This document shows positions 22,211 to 29,014 of a stretch of 29,014 nt of DNA, one piece after another; position 1 is the stretch's first letter; each line of letters starts with the position of its first letter. The DNA comes from Octopus sinensis. Taxonomy: Eukaryota. The stretch spans positions 1 to 29,014 of the forward strand of contig NW_021833169.1 of NCBI RefSeq assembly GCF_006345805.1, given 5' to 3'. Under the pieces are notes generated by a model. The model had not been told where the DNA came from and did not search any database. It saw only the letters and a list, made by a program, of their open reading frames with translations. A program made the translations under genes and the position numbers.

Positions 22211-22213
<3 letters not shown>
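22099..22213 (+). mobile_element. 5'-truncated copy of the hammerhead-bearing pseudo-LTR mini-element (family of 6870-7040)
   Basis: aagagtgtaggctcgaaacgtaaaa...ttcctgagcgttatactaatacatct...gtcttcgtcttttgttttttcgtgaactctccc between (TA)n tracts. The CUGANGA part is lost. Confidence 0.7.
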
Positions 22214-22247
<34 letters not shown>

Positions 22248-23153
22248 TATATGCATACATAATACATGCATATATACATACATACACACACACAAATGTT
22301 CAATGCTGAATTTGTGCCAGTGGATACTGAAAGTTTCCTTGATTCCAAATCGCAGGCTAGACAGGTGATCGGAGTCATTAACTCCTGTGTAGTTACTGAC
22401 ACAAATTCATCTTTGAATAAAATCATTCCAAACCGTCAAACATTACTGAATAGTTAAGAATTCGTGTTTTGTTTAAGTATTGAATTCAAGTTCCTCATTT
22501 TGCTGCTAATCCAACAATGGCCATGAAGAGTGTCAACGGCAGGTGAAGTAGACCTTGATGAGTTGAAAGGTAAACTTTAATAACAGACATGATTTCGAGT
22601 TTGGTTATAAGTTCAAACTGTACAAACTGAAGACATACTTTCGCTAAATATTTTGCTCGTGCCGTCTGTTTGTCTAAGAATCAATGTGTTGTCTTATAAA
22701 CTTTCGCCATATAATTTATTTTCTGCTTCCAGTAACAACACAGCATGAACAATGATAAAGACGCCCCATTTTCCTTATATTTAATCACAGGCTTTATTGA
22801 AGACAGTAATAGCCTGGACAGCGAATTTGAGAGAAAACATCAATCGCAAACATCGACAGCTGTAACAGGCAGGCAACGCTTTGCTATTTTACTAGTCTGC
22901 AAATGTGAACTTATTGTCGATGTGGAATAATCGTAGTGCATAACTAGTTATACTGTTCAAGAGGCTAATACCCATCCTTCTTACAACATTACAAAGAAAC
23001 CCATATTTGCATAAAATCTTTCAACAGTCAACTGAGAATGTTCGCTATTTACATCAAAGAAACAGGATTCTTTTGAGTAGATAATTCAATTTTCTAACAA
23101 AATACACAGTGTGTATGTGTATGCATATATATATATGAATATATATATATTAT

Positions 23154-23191
<38 letters not shown>

Positions 23192-23282
23192 CTATATATA
23201 TATATATAATATATATATATAATATATATTATATATATATATATATATTATATATATATGTGTGTGTGTGTTGTGTGTGTTT

Positions 23283-23663
23283 GGAGACGCAATGGCCCAG
23301 TGGTTAGGCAGCGGACTCGCGGTCGTAGTATCGCGGTTTCGATTCCCAGACAGAGCCCTTGTGAGTGTTTATTGAGCGAAAACACGTAAAATCCAACAAA
23401 GCTCCGGCAGGGGGTGGTGGCGTATCCTGCTGTAATCTTTCACCACAACTTTCCCTCACTTTTTTCTTCCTGTTTCTCTTGTACCTGTATTTCAAATGGC
23501 CAGCCTTGTCACACCCTGTATCACGCTTAATCTCCCCGAGAACTACGTTAAGAGTACACGTGTCTGTGGAGTGCTCAGCCACTTGTACGTTAATTTCACG
23601 AGCAGGCTGTTCCGTCGATCGGATTAACTGGAACCCTCGTCGCCGTAACCGACGGAGTGTCAC
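23283..23663 (+). mobile_element. tRNA-derived SINE family 4
   Basis: A box tggcccagtgg, B box ggtttcgattcc, ~380 bp ending gtaaccgacggagtgtcac next to (TA)n. Confidence 0.8.
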
Positions 23664-23680
23664 GATGATATATATATATA

Positions 23681-23890
23681 GTTACTCCAAACATGAACAA
23701 AGAGAAAGCACAACAACGCGAGGACGTGGAACAAGTATAGTGTTACGGGAAGCTCAGGAAATGAAAGAAAGAAGGAGGATTTAACGTTTCGAGCGGAGCT
23801 CTTCGTCAGAAACATAGAAAAAGAAAGGTCCAAGGAAGGGAAGTCGAGGGAAAAAAAATCGCCAACGATACACACGCGGTTACATATTGA
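23681..23890 (-). mobile_element. Solo Penelope-like pseudo-LTR mini-element carrying a minimal hammerhead ribozyme
   Basis: ~210 bp, pyrimidine-rich on the minus strand, containing the hammerhead at 23779-23813 followed by ttcctgagc..., as in the 6870 and 22099 copies. Confidence 0.65.
23779..23813 (-). ncRNA. Minimal type I hammerhead ribozyme with an intact core
   Basis: GUUU-CUGACGA-A-GAGC-UCC-GCUC-GAAAC-GUU-AAAU: canonical CUGANGA/GAAA core, 4-bp stem II, palindromic AACGUU stem III (dimer type), and UUU/AAA plus G-U stem I. Confidence 0.75.
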
Positions 23891-24374
23891 ACTCTTTTTC
23901 ATGTGAACAGTTTACTGATTAGAACCAGTGAAAAAAGTAGTGTTGGTGATGAAGGGGCAGGTGTTGCACCAATACAAATTTATTTACCCTAGAAGTTCCA
24001 GGAGAAATCTCAACATTATTTTGAAAATTAAGAGATTATGAGAAGTTTAAAAAGAGCAACGAAATACGTTTTGAAATTGCAGTATTTCTCAAGTGTTTGT
24101 TTCTCAAGATTTTGTAAAAATTTATATTGGTAATATGTAAGACGCAGTTATAGGGAAGAAGATCATTGTAAGATTTCCTCTTTATACTACTCGTATACCC
24201 GTGCTGTCAAAAATACCGACATTTTTCATTAATGATAGAAAATGGTGCGCCAAAATAATGAGAGAACCATTGATCAACGCCAGCAATCGAGTAAATTTAT
24301 GTACATATGCAGAATTGTGGCACTTGAACAATCAGATACGGTTGTAACGTCTTGGTTGAAGATATTATCATCCA

Positions 24375-24430
<56 letters not shown>

Positions 24431-24433
<3 letters not shown>

Positions 24434-24648
24434 CACAGAAGTGTCTCTGTGGTCACTAGCTTACTTACCAACCACATGGTTTCGGGTTCAGTTCCACTGA
24501 GTAGCACCTTGGGCAAGTGTTTTCTACTATAGCCTCGAGTCAACCGAAGCCTTGTGAGTGGATTTCGTAGACGGGAACTGAAAGAAGCGTGTCGTATATA
24601 TATATATATATATATACATACATACATATATATATATATGTATATATA

Positions 24649-24718
<70 letters not shown>

Positions 24719-24860
24719 GCGGTTCGGCAAAAACACCAATAGAATAAGTTCTAGGCTTACAAAAAATAAGTCCTGGGTTCTATTTGTTTGACTAAGTGCG
24801 GTGCTCCAGCATGGCCGCAGTTGAATGACTAAACCAAATAAAAAGAATAAAAAAAGAACA
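24431..24860 (+). mobile_element. SINE family 1 copy, diverged, with an expanded internal microsatellite and an internal deletion
   Basis: Head ggcacagaagtg...ggttcagttcc, ccttgggcaag, (TA)n(TG)n, then a jump to gcggttcggc and the 3' end cagcatggccgcagttgaatgact. Confidence 0.88.
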
Positions 24861-24923
24861 AATATATATACCCGTGTAGCATCTCTTTTATTGCTTCCCA
24901 TGACTTTCATCTTCTGTGCTCCA

Positions 24924-25175
24924 GCCGTAAAGCTTCTCTTCCGAATACGCCAGCTTAATTCAATTCGTCCTCAGTCGAAAGACACCTGTTGTTAATGTCC
25001 TGTTGTTTGTATTTGTAATTGTGTACCATTTCTCCGTTTTTTTTTCGTCCTTATTTTCCTATACATTCGCTTGCTTTCTTCCAAAGAATATATTGCTCTT
25101 AGATTAGATCTCTTTGGAACCGTCTCGAGATTAACCGACCGAAACTGCTAGGACTATCTGCTTCAAGACTGAAGA
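24924..25175 (+). repeat. Unclassified interspersed repeat, copy 1 (copy 2 at 28760-29014)
   Basis: Colinear blocks gccgtaa.gctt..cttcc, cagcttaatt, gtcct.agtcgaaagacacctgttgtt, tttctccgttttttt, tacattcgc, gctcttag..taga, ga..gaaa.tgc. Confidence 0.8.
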
Positions 25176-25390
25176 TTGAACGCTTCGAATCACCCTTCCT
25201 TGTTTGATTCTGTCCTTTTTCGCATCACCTACTGTCCGATTGGTTTGTTGGCGCCTGTTACGTTCTTGTTCCATTTTTGTTTATATATATATATATATCA
25301 ATACACTGCTTTATTTTGAGATTGCTAATATTAACAATACTCACAAATAAAATACAGGTTGGAGTTGTGGTGCTCCAAGTGAGATATATT

Positions 25391-25469
25391 CCGTTTAATA
25401 ATCTGAGGAGGCAATGCAAGCGGAAACTAGAGGGACATAATTAATAACCACACACAAAATCAAATATAC

Positions 25470-25513
<44 letters not shown>

Positions 25514-25871
25514 TTCTACATTTATAAAACGGATATAAACCTGATTTAAAATTCCGAATATATAAATATAAAAATACATTTACATAGTTATATATGGATA
25601 TGATACATAAAACACAAAGGATTTTACATTTAAAAGTTACATTGGTGTAATAAAAATCTGAGATGATAAAACATTAAAAGGACGTACTAAAATAACACGT
25701 GGTCTTTTAATGTTTTATCATCTCAACATTGTATTACAACAATGTAATTTTTAAATCTAAAATGCACTGTGTTCTATGTATCATATCCATAGATACCTAT
25801 GTATATATATTTTTATATTTATATATTCGGAATTTTTAGATCAGTTATATCAGTGTTAAAATGTAGAAGAA

Positions 25872-25912
<41 letters not shown>

Positions 25913-25998
25913 TATATATATATATTTGATTTTGTGTGTGGTTATAAAATATGTTCCTCTAGTTTCCGCTTGCATTGCCTCCATTCAGATTATTAAAC

Positions 25999-26000
<2 letters not shown>
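25391..26000. repeat. 610-bp imperfect foldback palindrome (arms ~290 bp, loop ~25684-25701)
   Basis: 25391-25683 aligns along its whole length to the reverse complement of 25702-26000, including an internal (TA)n in each arm. Confidence 0.93.
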
Positions 26001-26035
<35 letters not shown>

Positions 26036-26084
26036 GCACACTAGCAGAGATACCCGGCATTGTTCGTGATTAAAATGGCATAGT

Positions 26085-26280
26085 TTTTTATTGTTTTATT
26101 TATTTCGGTCATGTGACTACGGACATGCTGGAGCACCTCATTTAGTCGAAGAAATCGACGCCAAGATTTGTTCTTTGTAAGCCCAGTACTTATTCTATTG
26201 GTGTGTTTTGCCAGACGGCTAAGATACGGGGACGTAAACACAGCAACATCGGTTGTCAAGTGATGGTGGGTATACAAACT
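26085..26280 (-). mobile_element. 3' half of SINE family 1 nested near the Helitron 3' end
   Basis: Reverse complement matches cttgacaaccgatg...cttagccgt...gggcttacaaagaacaaatc...gtgctccagcatg. Confidence 0.85.
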
Positions 26281-26429
26281 CAGGCACCATATATATCTAA
26301 TATTTGTAAATAAACGCAGAAGGCTTTGCAAGTTATAGAGGCATTCTTGCTGGGGCTAGCCCATCATTTTTCAGTCATTTGTTTGTATTTATAAATTGTC
26401 GCTTCAAATCGGATTATAAAACATTATTA

Positions 26430-26471
<42 letters not shown>

Positions 26472-26593
26472 GATAGTAAAAAGTGAAAAAACTACAGAAG
26501 GCTTGTTTTAAAAGGTTAAAAAAATATATATTTGAGTCAATATGTCTGAAGAATGTTATAAATTTTTTTCATACAATGACATAGTATAGAAGA

Positions 26594-26625
26594 AATGACC
26601 GGTTTCGCGTTCAGCTTTTCAAATT
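26594..26625 (-). ncRNA. Minimal type I hammerhead ribozyme, U3-A8 core variant
   Basis: AAU-UUGAAAA-GC-UGAAC-GC-GAAAC-CG-GUC-AUU: stem I AAU/AUU, 2-bp stem II, palindromic ACCGGU stem III, GUC site, and C3U with G8A. Confidence 0.65.
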
Positions 26626-26707
26626 TCTTAAAACGTTATGTTTACGTTGAGCAGTGATCTAGATAATAAGTGATTTCTTCCGGTGTAAGGGAGAAAATCG
26701 CTTAAAA

Positions 26708-27115
26708 TTATTTGCCTTTCTTTTGGATTGAGTTTCTCTGTCTAAGTATGTTGGAATGGTTAAGTTTGGGCTTGTATTTTTCAATGAAGAATGTTTCCTT
26801 GTTTAGTCTAATTTGTGTTGGTGTTCCGATAGCACATTGGTAGAATGGAAAGATTAGAAATTGTGGTAGTAGTTGCTTTGCGCATTTCTCAATGTGCTCA
26901 CTAAAGGGTATCATTCTGTATTCTGGGAATGCAATCTGTTGTCGATGCAGTGTGCATCTACATCTGAGTGATAGTCCCGTGGATCCCACGTAGTCTTGAT
27001 GGCAGCCCGAGCATTTTATGACATAAATTATGTTTTCAGAGGCACAAGTAAAATTAGATTTGATCTTGAATTTCTGTCCCTCTTTGACTCGAACCTTGCT
27101 TCTATTGTGGCGAAT
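26708..27115 (-). CDS. GIY-YIG endonuclease domain of Penelope-like element B (open frame of 135 codons, no start codon of its own)
   Basis: The frame is open from an in-frame TAA at 27116-27118: ...KFKIKSNFTCASENIIYVIKCSGCHQDYVGSTGLSLRCRCTLH...FSEH...RLNKETFFIEKYKPKLN. IY, YVG, R, H, E and LN motifs are all present. Confidence 0.85.
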   Translation of the reverse strand: MRHNRSKVRVKEGQKFKIKSNFTCASENIIYVIKCSGCHQDYVGSTGLSLRCRCTLHRQQIAFPEYRMIPFSEHIEKCAKQLLPQFLIFPFYQCAIGTPTQIRLNKETFFIEKYKPKLNHSNILRQRNSIQKKGK

Positions 27116-28270
27116 TTACTGTCTCTAGTTAGATATCTTTCATAGTCGCACCAAGACACTTTTCGATGGTGCTTTCCTCCAGGTGTTCAAATCTTTTTTT
27201 TCTCTACATTGTATACTTTATAGACAATAGTCTTTTCTTTAATTTAATGTTTTATTTCGTTTGGTGGTGTTATCCTAGATTCACCGTCTTTGTCGGTGAT
27301 CAATCCATATTTCTTCCATTTTAATTTCAATGAGTTCGCGCTCACCGACGGCTGCAGCGAAATTCATTTTGGGACTTTCTTCTATCGAAGGCATTCTAAC
27401 AAGAATGCTTCCGTGTAAACGGTGAAAATATTGTCAATTTCCTCAAACAGGGACACAATTCAATTCTTAAACAATAACCAAAGCTCCTTCTCCCAAAGGG
27501 GGAGGGTTACAGTTTACAATTATTTAACAAATGCAACAACAATGTTTCCTTTACGAGGAACCAACAAACGTGATAACAGTATTTAAACAGTAATAATAAT
27601 AACAACAAACCTTACGATGAGTTAGTAAGCAGTTGAAGCTTTAGTCCTTTATGTATAAGAAATAAACCAACAGCTCTGTAGGAGCGGCTGTTCGAGAAAA
27701 CAGATATTACATACAGACAAACTTCATATAGATACTTAATGCTAGCTAATTAGCAGATTTCTGCACGCTAATTTTATTTTAAATTTATTCACATTCATGT
27801 GAAACCACTTATTCAAGTTCAAATCATTGATGCAATTTTATACAATTGCTATTTTTACTTTGTTATGTTACGATTATATATACTTTAGTTTGATTTTAAT
27901 TATTACTTACTACATATATCCAATTGGTATTATTATTTTTATTGTTAAAAAAGTGAAGCATCTGACATAAAATAGAGAAATGTTTTTGTTTCACTTTTAA
28001 CACGTAATACTGAAATAGTGGAGAAGATATGATATTGCTATGGGTTCGCTCTAGGCAAGAAGTTGAACATTGTTTTGCCCATGAAACTACATGGACCCTA
28101 AGTAAGGCATGTGTAATATTTTAATGAAATTAGTTGTGTAGTTCTCAAGTTTTAGGGAAACACACAGACAGACACACATTCTCAGTTTTATATATAGAGA
28201 GATATATATCGTATATATATGTATATAATTAAACAAGCATATATGTATGCATATATGTATGCATATATGA

Positions 28271-28313
<43 letters not shown>

Positions 28314-28759
28314 TGTATCTATGCATGTATGTATATTGCGTTCTTGTCTCATTTTATATTTTTTATATATAAAGCATAGCGGCGTACGTTCACTTTTGTC
28401 TCTTATATGTAAGTATATATTTATCTAAATCTTGTACGACTCTATTCTTTTTATTCTTTTATTCTTTCCTTCTTTCTATCAGCCCTTCCACGCCTACTTC
28501 TTTCATTCCACTCTTCGTTCTTTCGTTGCCCCTCTCTCACATTTCCTTACCTTTTCATGCTCACTTTCCCTCCTCTTTTCACTTCACTGTGTCCCTGTCA
28601 TTTTTTCTCGCCTCTCCTTATTTCTTCGCTCCCTCTGCCTCTACATCTCTCTCTTCTCTCTCAACGGTGTTCGGCCAAGCCTGACATTTCTTTCTCTGTA
28701 AGGCAGCCTTCCGTGCAACATTTATATTCCTCCCTGTGCCTGTGAAATCTTGTATCCTT

Positions 28760-29014
28760 GCCGTAAGGCTTCACTTCCACGCACGTCAGCTTAATTAAAT
28801 TTGTCCTTAGTCGAAAGACACCTGTTGTTTTGTTCTGTTATTTGTATTTGTGTAACTTTCTCCGTTTTTTTCCGTCCCTGTTATCGTTTACATTCGCCGC
28901 TTTCTTCCAAGGAATCTAATGCTCTTAGCTTAGATTTTACTTGGGGCTGGCCAGATTTGAACAATCTCGAATATAACCACTCGAAATTGCAAAGATAATC
29001 TGTAACTCGACTGA
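28760..29014 (+). repeat. Unclassified interspersed repeat, copy 2 (runs off the window end)
   Basis: Homologous to 24924-25175 and preceded by a pyrimidine-rich tract at ~28430-28750. Confidence 0.8.

Larger units (their letters stand above)
26470..27200 (-). mobile_element. Penelope-like element B 3' fragment: GIY-YIG endonuclease plus pseudo-LTR with hammerhead
   Basis: Endonuclease frame followed ~80 nt later by a hammerhead motif and a T-rich tail ending at (TA)n. The 5' boundary is approximate. Confidence 0.85.
26041..28202 (-). mobile_element. Non-autonomous Helitron interrupted by a SINE, a (TA)n tract and a Penelope-like fragment
   Basis: Minus strand starts A|TCTCTCTATATATAAAACTGAGAATGTGTGTCTGTCTGTG (28202) and ends ...cacgaacaatgccggg-tatctctg-CTAG|T (26041). 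This gives a 5' TC, 3' CTAG, A/T target and a degenerate subterminal hairpin 8 nt before CTAG. That both ends belong to one insertion is inferred. Confidence 0.7.

Noticed and set aside
26708-27115. GIY-YIG domain interpreted as an intron homing endonuclease, UvrC or a bacterial contaminant
   Set aside because: The FTC/CxxC/H layout, downstream hammerhead and (TA)n end match a Penelope-like retroelement, and the flanks are animal SINE/Helitron DNA.

Overview
AT-rich, microsatellite-dense eukaryotic DNA made almost entirely of transposon remains. The SINE families and repeat style point to a coleoid cephalopod, probably Octopus (inferred from recalled repeat families, not a database match). 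No complete host gene is recognisable; two weak plus-strand exon candidates lie at 4440-4548 and 7321-7340. The centre (10.8-19.9 kb) holds two minus-strand R4/Dong-clade non-LTR retrotransposons (RT, CCHC knuckle, restriction-like endonuclease), each ending in a (TAA)n array, plus a ~480-bp non-coding element between two TAA arrays. The second Dong copy has a 778-aa stop-free RT-RLE ORF, and all of its apparent frameshifts fall in homopolymer runs. Also present are two different Penelope-like (GIY-YIG) fragments and several hammerhead-ribozyme-like motifs, including a U3-A8 core variant and one with a ~100-nt stem II. The remaining features are a 610-bp foldback palindrome, DD37D and DD34D Tc1/mariner remnants, a non-autonomous Helitron with nested cargo, and about nine tRNA-derived SINE copies from four families. 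Almost all short ORFs in the supplied track are microsatellite or antisense artefacts. All alignments, folds and translations were done by eye, and boundaries are approximate unless a terminal motif is quoted.
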